Source: an uncultured virus (IMG/VR IMGVR_UViG_3300011114_001057)
Taxonomy: Duplodnaviria; Heunggongvirae; Uroviricota; Caudoviricetes
Strand: one strand, 5' to 3'
Virus record (IMG/VR): IMGVR_UViG_3300011114_001057
Length of the DNA stretch: 64,000 nt
A program made the translations under genes and the position numbers. Of this stretch, positions 17,857-27,797 are shown in pieces. The stretch's first letter is position 1. Each line of letters starts with the position of its first letter. Below the pieces are notes generated by a model, which saw nothing but the letters and a program-made list of their open reading frames with translations, did no database searches and was not told the origin of the DNA.

Positions 17857-18627
17857 ATGGAGATGTTTAACGCGCATAGACGAGATCTATTAGGATTTAA
17901 TGACTATATGGATCTTAAAAAACCAGGATTCGGTGGACCTGCTTCTGCAATTCAAGCAAGAGATGCAAAAGGTAAGTTAATTAACAAGAGCCCTAAGCTT
18001 TCTCAATATCGTAGAGTAGTTGAACGTGATCCTACATTTTCACATAAGGTATATGACTCTACATACAAAGCAATGACACATGACTTGGTATACAAACAAG
18101 AAGGTAAAAAACCTTTTACTTATCCAGATCCTTATTTTACAGCATATCCTACAGTTGAAGTAGGTGAACTTGATGAAAACACTAAAGTAGTTTCTTTCAA
18201 TACTTTTATAAACGAAGGGTACGATGATATTTCAAATGTAACTGCTAATCTTAGAAGTTATGAAGGTGGTTCAGATGAATATGGAATGAATCCTGACGAC
18301 TATAAGTCTAGTTGTTGTAGTTCGTCTATTGATGAAGACGCTTACTGTTCTAACTGCGGTAAAGACGATTCAAGAGAATACGGAATGCACTGTGGAATGA
18401 ATCCTGACCAATATGGAATGAATCCTGAAGAATGCGGAATGAATCCAGACGGTTATACGTCTAGTTGTTGTAATTCACCTATTGATGAATATAATTGTTG
18501 TTCTAGCTGCGGTAAAGAGGAGTTAGATGAAATGGGAATGAGTCCTGAATTTTCAGATGATCCAGATAATCCATTAGGTTTAAGTAAAGAGGAGATGGAT
18601 AAATTCCTTGCTGACTTAGATTCTTAA
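17857..18627 (+). CDS. Hypothetical late protein with Cys-rich duplicated modules
   Basis: Likely ATG at 17857; internal SFNTFINE; GMNP repeats and two SSCC..C..CGK modules. Confidence 0.65.
   Translation: MEMFNAHRRDLLGFNDYMDLKKPGFGGPASAIQARDAKGKLINKSPKLSQYRRVVERDPTFSHKVYDSTYKAMTHDLVYKQEGKKPFTYPDPYFTAYPTVEVGELDENTKVVSFNTFINEGYDDISNVTANLRSYEGGSDEYGMNPDDYKSSCCSSSIDEDAYCSNCGKDDSREYGMHCGMNPDQYGMNPEECGMNPDGYTSSCCNSPIDEYNCCSSCGKEELDEMGMSPEFSDDPDNPLGLSKEEMDKFLADLDS
18277..18549 (+). repeat. Coding repeats: (Y/C)GMNP(D/E) units and a duplicated SSCC-x-IDE-x-CSxCGK block
   Basis: ggaatgaatcc occurs four times; tctagttgttgta occurs twice. Confidence 0.8.
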
Positions 18628-18646
18628 TATTAACAGTAGTAATAAA

Positions 18647-19084
18647 CTATACTATCGACTCTTCTGTAAGTATTTTCATCTTAGCTGGATCTAATATTTC
18701 TAGCTTAGGATTATTAATTAACTCAAAGTCTTCTTCTATTTCTTTTGATGGAATCATGAAATAGCTAAATTCTAAATCGAAATATTCTTCATTAATAAAA
18801 TCTATTGAATTTAGAACTGTGCTTATAGATAAATTAGTGTTTAGATAAATTATTCTAGTATATTTCTTGTTCTTTACTTTGATTGCTTTATCTAGTAGCT
18901 TTTTAACTTCGTAATTTAGCAAAAAAGATTGAACTTTATTTGGCATTAAAAATCGAGTGTTAAATTTGTCTCTAACTATTTTAGTGACATTTAGAAGATA
19001 ATCAGACTTACTTTTTTTGTTAAAAGCTCCTATGAAACTCTTGTATTCTCTAACGAATATAACATCAATTTTTCTATTTTCCAT
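18647..19084 (-). CDS. Hypothetical protein
   Basis: ORF in an operon with dCMP deaminase. Confidence 0.6.
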   Translation of the reverse strand: MENRKIDVIFVREYKSFIGAFNKKSKSDYLLNVTKIVRDKFNTRFLMPNKVQSFLLNYEVKKLLDKAIKVKNKKYTRIIYLNTNLSISTVLNSIDFINEEYFDLEFSYFMIPSKEIEEDFELINNPKLEILDPAKMKILTEESIV

Positions 19085-19086
19085 TT

Positions 19087-19506
19087 TTAAATTCCCAAGT
19101 GGATGACATCAATATTTGCCTCCCTTAATATTTTTACACCAGAAATGTCTCTGTATTCTTCCTTGTATATGACTCTTTTTATTCCTGATTGAATTATCAG
19201 TTTTGAACAGTCTTTACATGGAGAATAAGTTACATATAAGGTTGAACCTTCTGTATTTTGAGTTGATTTTGCTACCTTTAACATAGCATTAGCCTCAGCA
19301 TGTAAAACATACCAATTAGTGTTACCGTTAGCGTCTTCACAGTCGTTTGCAAAGCCTTTAGGTGTCCCATTAAAGCCATCTGAAATTATAGTACCATCCT
19401 TGACGATAAGTGCACCTACTTTCTTGCGTTTACAGCAAGACAGAGTAGACCACACAGTTGCCATTTCAAGGTATGTCAAGTGATATTTTAGATCCTTTTG
19501 ATTCAT
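19087..19506 (-). CDS. dCMP deaminase
   Basis: KKVGALIVK, GFNGTP, HAEANA and SPCKDC Zn motifs. Confidence 0.92.
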   Translation of the reverse strand: MNQKDLKYHLTYLEMATVWSTLSCCKRKKVGALIVKDGTIISDGFNGTPKGFANDCEDANGNTNWYVLHAEANAMLKVAKSTQNTEGSTLYVTYSPCKDCSKLIIQSGIKRVIYKEEYRDISGVKILREANIDVIHLGI

Positions 19507-19696
19507 TCTTTTTGTTTAATGGTTTATTAAGTAAAGGCCCAACTATAATTAAATTAAGTATTAATTGAATAGCTAACCATTGTATATATGTTATATCCAC
19601 TTTGAATATAGTATTCAAACCAGTCCAAATGTATACATACGTACAGAGTAGTGCAGTTATAAAGAAAGCAGCAACCTTTGTGATAAATTGTCTCAT
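19466..19696 (-). CDS. Small two-TM membrane protein
   Basis: Two hydrophobic segments; ATGA overlap with the upstream gene. Confidence 0.5.
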   Translation of the reverse strand: MRQFITKVAAFFITALLCTYVYIWTGLNTIFKVDITYIQWLAIQLILNLIIVGPLLNKPLNKKNESKGSKISLDIP

Positions 19697-20583
19697 GAGT
19701 TTAAGTTATAGTTTAAGTTATTTTTTATCCAGTTCATTAGTTCATCTCCCATTCTTTCAGAAACATCATTTTGAGTAGAGAATAGCCTATTAAATAATGG
19801 AGATGGCTTTCCTTGAACAGAAATCAATTCTTCTCTTACTTTAGGAATGTTTAATGGAGCAAATGGTTCTCTTATCATTCTTTCTACGAGGCCAAAGTGT
19901 CTCTGATATAAGTGAAAAGAGTTTGCAATGTGAGTATAGGTACCTAGTTCTAAATCCTTAAAGTCTTCTCCGCCATGTAGTACTAGATGAAACAGCATTT
20001 GAGATTGTAGGGTAGCAAAGAATGCAATATCTGTAGGAAGACCTAAAATAACGTCATTACTTCTCATACTTACTGTAAAATTCAATTTATTGTTACGTAT
20101 TTGAAATATTCCATACATTGTACAAACAAAGTCCTTGTTTCCTTCACGTTGATGAGTGGGTAAATTAAAATGTAGAACTGCTTGGCGGCTATCTTTATCC
20201 TTTTTTAAGGATTCAAATGCCCAGTTATATTGAGTAAACTGATGTTCGTTAGTATTTGTAAAGAGCAGGTGACCATATGAAGAGTTTACTGTCCCGTCTT
20301 CATTTTGGATGGATTCCCAAAACTTAGCAAACTTTGCAATATATTCAACATCGTTTCTTCCCATAAAGTACCAAAGAAGTTCAGCTGCAATATATTTCCA
20401 TTGAGAAGAACGAACTGAATTTTGATAAAGACAAGAAAGAGGATTGGTGATGACTAGAGCAACATCACAATTTTCTTTGATTTTCATATCCCTAGGTTGA
20501 GTAAAATACTCAGGGCACATTAGTAGATCAGAAAGACTCTCCTTGTAGGCACCAGCAAATGTTTCAGATTTGTATGTTAACAT
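19693..20583 (-). CDS. Thymidylate synthase-superfamily enzyme, dCMP hydroxymethylase (gp42)-like
   Basis: AELLWY, DSRQAV, DFVCT (catalytic Cys), MRSNDVILGLPTD (Asp at the Asn177 position) and GTYTHIANSFHLY. Confidence 0.8.
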   Translation of the reverse strand: MLTYKSETFAGAYKESLSDLLMCPEYFTQPRDMKIKENCDVALVITNPLSCLYQNSVRSSQWKYIAAELLWYFMGRNDVEYIAKFAKFWESIQNEDGTVNSSYGHLLFTNTNEHQFTQYNWAFESLKKDKDSRQAVLHFNLPTHQREGNKDFVCTMYGIFQIRNNKLNFTVSMRSNDVILGLPTDIAFFATLQSQMLFHLVLHGGEDFKDLELGTYTHIANSFHLYQRHFGLVERMIREPFAPLNIPKVREELISVQGKPSPLFNRLFSTQNDVSERMGDELMNWIKNNLNYNLNS

Positions 20584-20591
20584 ATAATTAT

Positions 20592-20620
20592 ATTATATTA
20601 ATAAAAAGCAAAAAGGTTTT
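20592..20620 (-). promoter_or_regulatory. Early/middle-type promoter AAAACC-N15-AATATAAT
   Basis: Consensus match immediately upstream of the TS-like gene. Confidence 0.6.
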
Positions 20621-20628
20621 AAATAAAA

Positions 20629-22299
20629 TTAGATCTTTACTATTTCCATGTCTGAAAAGTGATCTACTTGATTGACTATTATTCTATAATCAAAGAACTC
20701 TTCAGGCAAGGCTTCATGCGAAACGACAAAGATTGTCATATTATACTTTATAGCATACTCCTTCAAGACGGAGATCGCTTTATACACATTATTTTTATCT
20801 AATGAACTAAATATTTCATCTAGAAACATGACATTCATTTGGCTATGTTTCATCTTAATGATCTCAATGAATGCTAATAATACTATTAAATTCATCTTTT
20901 TACGCTGTCCGCTAGAAAGGCTTTCAGGTGAGATATCTAAGCCTAAATAAGTTATATGTGGATCAAATTCGTTGTCAAACTCAAAGGAAAACTTAAATTC
21001 AAGTTTTTCAGATATTTCATGAATCCTAGCATTAAGAGTAGGTATGATCTTATCAATCATTGACTTCTTTATCCCAGAATCAGAAAGAAGGTCATCTAAG
21101 TTTAAATATAGTATCTTTTTATCAGTAAAAGAGGAAAGATTTGTATTATCGTCTTCGATCTGTCTCTTGGTGTTTTCAATAATTTGAGAAATAGATTCTG
21201 AAGAATCGTCGGAGTCGTCCTTCTTTTGAGATTCAGCAAGTGATTTTTTAAGTGAGGTGAGGTCAGCTAAAATTGAATACTTTTTGGAATCAAATTCTCC
21301 CTTTTCCAATAAAAGATCAGTTACTTGTGAGTTCAAGTCAGACGCACTCTTCTGTTTTTCAGGAAGTTGTTCTCTTAGTTCTTCTAGCTTTTCTTCGATT
21401 TTTGACTTTACGTCTAGTGATGATTCTGACTGTAGGTCGTTTAGGCAGTGTGGACACCTATTTTTAGAATAGACATCTAGTTTTGATGAAAGATCCCTGA
21501 TCCCATTTTTTATCTTGTTAACGTCCTCATCTGCTACTCTAGATTTTTGGCTAATTAGATCAGTCTTGGTTTTAAATTCAGAAAGAAGAATGGTATGATC
21601 GTCTGCTTCTTGCTGTTTTTCTAAAATCCTAGAGGTTAAGTCGTCTTCAATCTTTTGTTTTTTAACAGTTAGTTTTTCTTTTAGCTCACTTAACTGATTT
21701 ATGTATGTTTCTAAATTAGACCTGTTTCTAGAAATAGCAAGTTCTAATAGGTCAGATTCACTTTTAATTTCACGTAAAGATTCTTTAACTTTGGCTCTCA
21801 TGTCAGAGAGAATATCTATTCCAAATATTCTATCCACTATCTTACGCTTATCGTCCTTTGTTAGGTTAACAAATGACTTAAAATCATCAAATGAAAGGCT
21901 AATCGTGTTACAAAAAACGCTAAATGGAATCTTAGATAGTTCTTCCTCAATAAATTCATCAACTTTTCTTTTATCTGGTAGATTGAAAACACTACCATTT
22001 ATCTTAATGTTACTAAAATTAGGATCTATTCCTCTATCTAGCTCTATTTGCTCGCCTAAAGTAGTTTCAAACTTAATGTTTGTGTATGCATTCTTGTTTA
22101 TCCAATTAGGTATGTCTTTCATCTTACGAATGGCAGACCTGCCGTAAATGGAAACAGTTAAAGCCTCCTTAATCGAAGACTTACCAGCTCCATTTTCGCC
22201 CTCAACCAGTATTAACTTAGGACCATCAGTAAATTTGAAAGTCTGTAGTTTGTTTCCATAAGATAGTATGTTTTTATAAGAAAACTCTAATAGCTTCAT
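20629..22299 (-). CDS. gp46: SbcC/Rad50-like recombination ATPase (gp46)
   Basis: GENGAGKS, coiled coil with CPHC hook, LSSGQ and FLDEIFSSLD. Confidence 0.92.
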   Translation of the reverse strand: MKLLEFSYKNILSYGNKLQTFKFTDGPKLILVEGENGAGKSSIKEALTVSIYGRSAIRKMKDIPNWINKNAYTNIKFETTLGEQIELDRGIDPNFSNIKINGSVFNLPDKRKVDEFIEEELSKIPFSVFCNTISLSFDDFKSFVNLTKDDKRKIVDRIFGIDILSDMRAKVKESLREIKSESDLLELAISRNRSNLETYINQLSELKEKLTVKKQKIEDDLTSRILEKQQEADDHTILLSEFKTKTDLISQKSRVADEDVNKIKNGIRDLSSKLDVYSKNRCPHCLNDLQSESSLDVKSKIEEKLEELREQLPEKQKSASDLNSQVTDLLLEKGEFDSKKYSILADLTSLKKSLAESQKKDDSDDSSESISQIIENTKRQIEDDNTNLSSFTDKKILYLNLDDLLSDSGIKKSMIDKIIPTLNARIHEISEKLEFKFSFEFDNEFDPHITYLGLDISPESLSSGQRKKMNLIVLLAFIEIIKMKHSQMNVMFLDEIFSSLDKNNVYKAISVLKEYAIKYNMTIFVVSHEALPEEFFDYRIIVNQVDHFSDMEIVKI

Positions 22300-23408
22300 T
22301 GGTCGTAATGTTTAGTGTTTCTAAGAGAATCATATATCTCTTTAAATTTATTAGTTATTTGTGAATTTTGATATTCTGGGAAGTTCATCTCAATTAGTCT
22401 TTCCTCTAATATACTAAAAATGTTGTATTCATAGGTAGAATCAAGTTCAACTTGACTTCTAGATTTTATCTGTTCCAATGAATATGATGAAAACTCTAGT
22501 CGACGATGCCCTAGGTTCTTTATTAATTCAGTAAACCTAGATATTGAGAATCTTTGTGAAAGACTTGCCTCCATTGTGACGTCAACAAAATTATTATTGA
22601 ATATCTTAGCTAATTCAGTTAAATTTAGGTCAAGCAGTTCGGTCACATCAAACTTTAGATGTTTTGGTGAAAGTGTATTAGGAACGAATTTTTCTTTTAT
22701 TTTTGTGTTAGAAAGATCTAGTACATAAAAGCCTTTTTCGTTGCCCCTATCCCCACGGTCCATTTCAAATGGAGTTCCAACATAAAGAACATTACCGTTT
22801 TCCTGACGTATGTGAATGTGTCCTGAGTAGATTCTCTTGAATCCTTTAATATCTTCTTGTTCTAGTCCATGTTCAAGCTTAGTTGCTTTATTTAGGCTAA
22901 AACCTTTAAAGTCAGTGTGGCAAAATACATAGTCAGATGAAGAGTTTTTAGCTATCACGTCTTTTAGAGCATCTAGATTTTCTATCCAAGGCAACATTAA
23001 AAAATTATGATTACCCATCTTTAATTGAGCTGGTTTATCAAATATATGAAAGTTTTCAAAAATTCTATCAAATCCCTCTAGTGAATGAGTATCTGTTCTG
23101 TCTTTGTAGTACACATCATGATTTCCAAGTATGACATAAACTCCTTTCTTAAACTTTTTAGCGAATGTCTCAGCAATCTTTATGGAAAGCTTATAGATTC
23201 GAGTATTAGTAGATTCCCTTACGTGATTCCAGTCTCCAACTTGAACTAAGATATCGGTTGCTGGATCAAAGCCTTCTTCGTCTACTTGCTTAAGGAAAAA
23301 GTTTACTAAATAGTCTTGTTGTATTTCTGACCATTCTAATGAGTTGTTTCTTAAACCTAAATGTAGATCTCCGAGTACAAATATTTTCCTAACTTTTTCT
23401 AATATCAT
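22296..23408 (-). CDS. gp47: SbcD/Mre11-like nuclease (gp47)
   Basis: GDLHLG, GDW, GNHD and SGHIH metallophosphoesterase motifs; adjacent to gp46. Confidence 0.92.
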   Translation of the reverse strand: MILEKVRKIFVLGDLHLGLRNNSLEWSEIQQDYLVNFFLKQVDEEGFDPATDILVQVGDWNHVRESTNTRIYKLSIKIAETFAKKFKKGVYVILGNHDVYYKDRTDTHSLEGFDRIFENFHIFDKPAQLKMGNHNFLMLPWIENLDALKDVIAKNSSSDYVFCHTDFKGFSLNKATKLEHGLEQEDIKGFKRIYSGHIHIRQENGNVLYVGTPFEMDRGDRGNEKGFYVLDLSNTKIKEKFVPNTLSPKHLKFDVTELLDLNLTELAKIFNNNFVDVTMEASLSQRFSISRFTELIKNLGHRRLEFSSYSLEQIKSRSQVELDSTYEYNIFSILEERLIEMNFPEYQNSQITNKFKEIYDSLRNTKHYDQ

Positions 23409-23632
23409 AGTTGATTAGCTAACTGGTCCAGGTCTATTACTCTAATTATGCTTTTAAGTTTAGCTAAGGCTTCATCTAATTCAGTAGGGGTAGCAAATGA
23501 ATACGTTTGAGTCGTATCACCGGCTGATACTATCAAGTCGGTACCTGGTGAGCCAGCTTCCTCTATGCTGTATACATTATCTAGGTTCAAGTATATAGAA
23601 CCAGTCGAGTGAGTTAGCTTGATAAAAGTCAT
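23405..23632 (-). CDS. Hypothetical protein
   Basis: Tightly packed ORF in the replication operon. Confidence 0.6.
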   Translation of the reverse strand: MTFIKLTHSTGSIYLNLDNVYSIEEAGSPGTDLIVSAGDTTQTYSFATPTELDEALAKLKSIIRVIDLDQLANQL

Positions 23633-23633
23633 A

Positions 23634-24188
23634 TTAGTGTATCTTTTTTTTTTGCATTTTGCCGTCTAAGAAATTGTATTTTTTATCTAGTTCAATTAAC
23701 AATAATTCTTGAGCGTCAGTGTCTAGGGAATCAAATATCTTCTTGTAATCAAAACCTGAAAAAGAAGAAATTGCTTCTAAGACATAAATTGGGCTATAGA
23801 AGCTAGTTGTGCCTTTTGATTTGTCTAAAGAATTATGAATCTTATTAAAGATAACACTTATTTCTTCCTTAGCAAACTTATTTTTAAAAGTTAGTGATTC
23901 ATCCATTTTATAAAAAACTTTATTATTTAAAAAGTCGTCGCTTTTTATAAAATCAAATATTCCATCTAAAATAAACTTAGCTTCTAAATTTTCTTCATAT
24001 TCATAGACGTCTTTTAAGTAAGAGTCAGAATAGTCAGCTACTACTGATATTTTTTTAGAAAACTCATATTCTTCGGTGTCCTTTAGACCTTCACCAGTAT
24101 TATACCGATTGTTAAATATTTTATCTTCTTTGTGTACTAACTCTTCTGAGTCGTTTAAGTTTTCGTTTGTGTCTTCATCATTTAACAT
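23634..24188 (-). CDS. Hypothetical protein
   Basis: Tightly packed ORF in the replication operon. Confidence 0.65.
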   Translation of the reverse strand: MLNDEDTNENLNDSEELVHKEDKIFNNRYNTGEGLKDTEEYEFSKKISVVADYSDSYLKDVYEYEENLEAKFILDGIFDFIKSDDFLNNKVFYKMDESLTFKNKFAKEEISVIFNKIHNSLDKSKGTTSFYSPIYVLEAISSFSGFDYKKIFDSLDTDAQELLLIELDKKYNFLDGKMQKKKIH

Positions 24189-24203
24189 TAAAATTAATTA
24201 TTT

Positions 24204-25691
24204 TTATATTGATGCAAAAAGAGAGTCATAGTCTTCTTCTAAGTTAACAACTGTGCTGTTTTGCTCTTCTATTTTTTTATCTATTTCTTGATATTCGGTG
24301 CGAAGTTCATCTGCCATTCTAGTTACTTCTTCATCGTCGCTATAGAACTCGCTGTTTATTCCAGACTCTTCAGTGAGTCTAAAAAAGTCCTTTTGCATAC
24401 TAAAAAACTTATAGCTTTCTTCATACCCATTATCTCGATTAGCTATCACCTTTATCTTCATTCTGCTTTCTAATGGACTTCTCATTAGTCCAAAAAGAGA
24501 ATCTACTGTGTGTATTAGACCAAATGATTCAGCAACTGACTCCATACCTAAATCAAAGTTATCTACGTCCTCTCTTCGTATTTGAGTTGCGCTAATAATA
24601 CACCATTCATTTCTCATTGCTACACCTCTAAGCTCTTCAGAAATAGCCTTTATCTTTTCATAAAGTCCATTTTGATCCTTAATTGGTCTAAGTAAGTTTA
24701 GGTAGTCAACGACTATTACTTTAAACTTCTTGTTCATCTTCTGTTCAAGACGTAAGAAATAGTTTTCTATATCAATAGCAGTAGCTCCACCGGTTGGAAA
24801 CTCCTTAACTATTAATTCACCAATCGTTCTACCACTGTCTTTAAGTGCCTGAATTTTATTTTGAATTAGCTTAGTTGCGTTTTCATCTGTAATTTTAGCA
24901 TAGTCTTCACCGGGTATATTTAGGATATTTGAACCTATTCTTTTCATGTATGCACGATCAGCAAGCTCAACGGTTACTAAACCAGTCACGTTTCCAGTTA
25001 AAAATGAGCGAGCTGCAATATTACCTAGGACCATTGACTTACCTACTTTAGGTCGACCTTGGAAAACTACTAATGCTTTTGAATTCCAGCCGCCTCCTTG
25101 GACTTTATCTAAAAAACTAAAGCCAGTTGGGCTTCCGCTTTTAGAAATTTGAATGTGAGAATCAGGATTAAAAAAATTAAGACCAGTGTCTCCACTTGAA
25201 AAATTGATCGCTAATTTATTACTAATATCGTTTCTTACTTTTTGTGAAATTTGATCAATATTATCTGGATCAATGGCAGTAGTCTTTAAATATGTGAAAA
25301 GATCAGCAACAGTTAAGTTAAGGTTTCTAAGAAGTATAAAGGATCTTACGTACTTATAGAGATAATCATAATTATACTCACTTAATGAAAATGCATACAA
25401 GTCTTCAAATTCTGCTTCTGAAACTGAATAGTTAAGTAATTCTAAGTAAGTTCTTAATTCTTTTGGATTTGGTATCTTTTCATATTCTTTAAAAAACTTA
25501 AGAGCAGCTTTAAAAGATTCTTGACGTGTATCATCGTTAAAATAACTAGGCCTAAGCATCGGCATTAGTTCTTCTTTTCTTAGCGAATCGTGACTACTTG
25601 GCTTAATATCATTAACATCATTTCTGGTGTTAAGTACAAAGTTCCAAACCATTTTCTCTAACGAGTCAATATTTTCAGTGAAATCAATCAT
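24204..25691 (-). CDS. gp41: Replicative DnaB-like helicase (gp41)
   Basis: GRPKVGKS, IVKEFPTG, IVVDYLNLL, SATQ and AESFGL. Confidence 0.9.
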   Translation of the reverse strand: MIDFTENIDSLEKMVWNFVLNTRNDVNDIKPSSHDSLRKEELMPMLRPSYFNDDTRQESFKAALKFFKEYEKIPNPKELRTYLELLNYSVSEAEFEDLYAFSLSEYNYDYLYKYVRSFILLRNLNLTVADLFTYLKTTAIDPDNIDQISQKVRNDISNKLAINFSSGDTGLNFFNPDSHIQISKSGSPTGFSFLDKVQGGGWNSKALVVFQGRPKVGKSMVLGNIAARSFLTGNVTGLVTVELADRAYMKRIGSNILNIPGEDYAKITDENATKLIQNKIQALKDSGRTIGELIVKEFPTGGATAIDIENYFLRLEQKMNKKFKVIVVDYLNLLRPIKDQNGLYEKIKAISEELRGVAMRNEWCIISATQIRREDVDNFDLGMESVAESFGLIHTVDSLFGLMRSPLESRMKIKVIANRDNGYEESYKFFSMQKDFFRLTEESGINSEFYSDDEEVTRMADELRTEYQEIDKKIEEQNSTVVNLEEDYDSLFASI

Positions 25692-26031
25692 TTATTTGAT
25701 AAAAGTGTTTTAGTGCGTTTTTTGTAAAAAATATAGACTCTCCTTTTGATATTAATAATTCGTCCTTTAATAAAGTCTTTAGATATTGAACTATCTCTTC
25801 CTTAAAAGTTTCATCTTTAATTCTGTCACCAAACACGTACTTTAGTGATTTAGAAGAAAATTTAAAAGAACCCATGTCAAGCTCCTTTGCTTTAGTTGCA
25901 TATACTCTAATCAAATACTGAGATATCTCAAATATAGGATAATATTTATCTCTCATAGAATCTTCTCCATGTAAACCAAGATAATATTTTATAGGTAGGT
26001 CTTCTCTAAGCAGCATCGTCGTCATCTTCAT
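25684..26031 (-). CDS. Hypothetical protein (start may be 26016)
   Basis: ORF bridging uvsX and the helicase, overlapping both. Confidence 0.55.
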   Translation of the reverse strand: MKMTTMLLREDLPIKYYLGLHGEDSMRDKYYPIFEISQYLIRVYATKAKELDMGSFKFSSKSLKYVFGDRIKDETFKEEIVQYLKTLLKDELLISKGESIFFTKNALKHFYQIND

Positions 26032-27208
26032 CAGTAAGATTTAATAACTCATCGTTCTCTAGAAGATCGATCTCAGCTTGAGTTTCTGGGAATTTAAAAG
26101 TTGGTTTGATTACTTTTGCATCAAGTTCTTTTAAAACATCAGCAGTGAATAATTTACCAGTAAAGAAATCCTTTAATAGAACTAGATCACCACTATGTCT
26201 AAGCACGTAGCTTTTACCTAGCTTCTTAGGTAAAAAATAAAATTTCTCTCCACCTACCTCAAACTCAGAACAAATAGACTGCTCGTCCGCCTTTAGTTTT
26301 GAATATTCTTTTTCAGTTAATTTATTTCCTCTACCTGCTCCACAATTTTCCCAACTTACAAACTGTTCTAGTCCAACATATTGATTCATTCCTTTATGGA
26401 ACGAAATGTGGAACTCTATATCAATAGGTTTGGCAAGACGGTTCTTTCTGGTTTTAGATCGAACTATAATTCCAGTTGTGGTCTTGGCTTCGTCTCTTAA
26501 AGTACCTTTACTTAACATAAGAATGATTGATGCAGAGAATTCTGGACCTCCACCACCAGACATACCTTTTGGTGTGTACTGATCCATTGAAGCATATGTG
26601 TGATTGGTAAAGATGAAAGGAACTTTTAGGTTAGAAAGATCTAAAGTAAAAGACTTAAACATTGCTCTTAATTCTTTAGAACGTAGTCCCATGTCTGCTG
26701 CATTCTTGCCTGCATCCATGTCTCTCTTACTCTTATCAGTATCTAACATGCCTACTGAATCTACTACGATCGCTGCTTTCAGACCAGTAGTCTCTTTCAT
26801 AGTATCAATAAAGTCATTTATGAAGAACTTAACTTCGCTAATTAGACCTATTCGTAAATATTTTAATTTTTCAAGATCTACCCCAAACTTTTCATAGTCA
26901 GAGCGATCGATTGCTCCCTCAGTATCTATATAAAAGACAAAGTAATCTTTCTTTTGTAGTTCCCTAACTGCATTTAAGCATAGAAAAGTTTTACCTGATC
27001 CTGAATCTCCAGCAATACCGATACTTCTAGTGTTTGGGTACCCTCCAAATAATGAACCCGATAGCTGAGCATTAAGTAAGTAGTTTCCAGTTGGGATATA
27101 TTCGTCGATATCTGAAAAACCCATTAGGGTAACTTTAGACTTTACTTTTTTCTCTAATATGTCATTGAATTTGTTAAACGCTGAAATCGCGTCTTTTGAA
27201 CTTGCCAT
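26006..27208 (-). CDS. uvsX: RecA-like recombinase (UvsX)
   Basis: IPTGNYLLNAQLSG, GDSGSGKT, YIDTEGA, VVDSVG, DMGLRSK, TNHTY and SGGGG. Confidence 0.9.
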   Translation of the reverse strand: MASSKDAISAFNKFNDILEKKVKSKVTLMGFSDIDEYIPTGNYLLNAQLSGSLFGGYPNTRSIGIAGDSGSGKTFLCLNAVRELQKKDYFVFYIDTEGAIDRSDYEKFGVDLEKLKYLRIGLISEVKFFINDFIDTMKETTGLKAAIVVDSVGMLDTDKSKRDMDAGKNAADMGLRSKELRAMFKSFTLDLSNLKVPFIFTNHTYASMDQYTPKGMSGGGGPEFSASIILMLSKGTLRDEAKTTTGIIVRSKTRKNRLAKPIDIEFHISFHKGMNQYVGLEQFVSWENCGAGRGNKLTEKEYSKLKADEQSICSEFEVGGEKFYFLPKKLGKSYVLRHSGDLVLLKDFFTGKLFTADVLKELDAKVIKPTFKFPETQAEIDLLENDELLNLTDEDDDDAA

Positions 27209-27221
27209 AGTTTTTTATTTT

Positions 27222-27250
27222 CTTTTACTATAGAAACTATAAATAGTTCT
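27222..27250 (-). promoter_or_regulatory. Early/middle-type promoter AGAACT-N15-AGTAAAAG
   Basis: Variant of the recurrent motif upstream of uvsX. Confidence 0.45.
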
Positions 27251-27797
27251 ATTCTGAGATATAAGAAAGAAGTAAAAGAGTGCAGGCAAGTACTAATGAA
27301 TCAGTGATTTCACCGTTCATTACTCTACTTAATCTAGTCTTGTCTAGTGAGTGTTTATTTGTAGAATTAGAAAGAGTAAAACCAGTAGGGTCTTCTGAAT
27401 ATGGGTTTAAATTGACTGCGTAGGCATGATAAGTCTTTTGAAATGGAGCTCCGTGTTGTACTTTACCTATGTAATAGATATCGTTGGACTCTACTTTCTT
27501 TAATCCTAATTCAACTTCCATACAAGAGATTAGGGAGTCATGATAAGTATCAAACTCGTCAGGAACAAGGGTTTTAGTGATACACTTTTTATTTGGTGAG
27601 TCCAAAATATGATCGTAAAATCCATGAAGATATATGTTTTTAATTTGGCCGCTCTCATTTGTATCAAATGGAATTATACAAATTGAATCACTTTGAGCAA
27701 CGACTCTTCTAAAATCTCCAGCCTCTCCTTTAAAGCTTACGACTTTGTACTTATCGTCTACATAATCTTCTTTTCTTACTACGTGTTCTTTATTCAT
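27249..27797 (-). CDS. Degenerate Nudix-fold protein
   Basis: SICIIPFD, LISCMEVELGL in place of the REL.EE.G box, IYYIGKV and GEITDS. Confidence 0.45.
   Translation of the reverse strand: MNKEHVVRKEDYVDDKYKVVSFKGEAGDFRRVVAQSDSICIIPFDTNESGQIKNIYLHGFYDHILDSPNKKCITKTLVPDEFDTYHDSLISCMEVELGLKKVESNDIYYIGKVQHGAPFQKTYHAYAVNLNPYSEDPTGFTLSNSTNKHSLDKTRLSRVMNGEITDSLVLACTLLLLSYISE

Noticed and set aside
18277..18549. Repeats as a mini-CRISPR or DGR template
   Set aside because: Units are in-frame coding repeats of variable spacing; no cas or reverse transcriptase gene nearby
23405..23632. FlbD/SwrD-like assignment
   Set aside because: Resemblance is limited to a short N-terminal pattern, too weak to call
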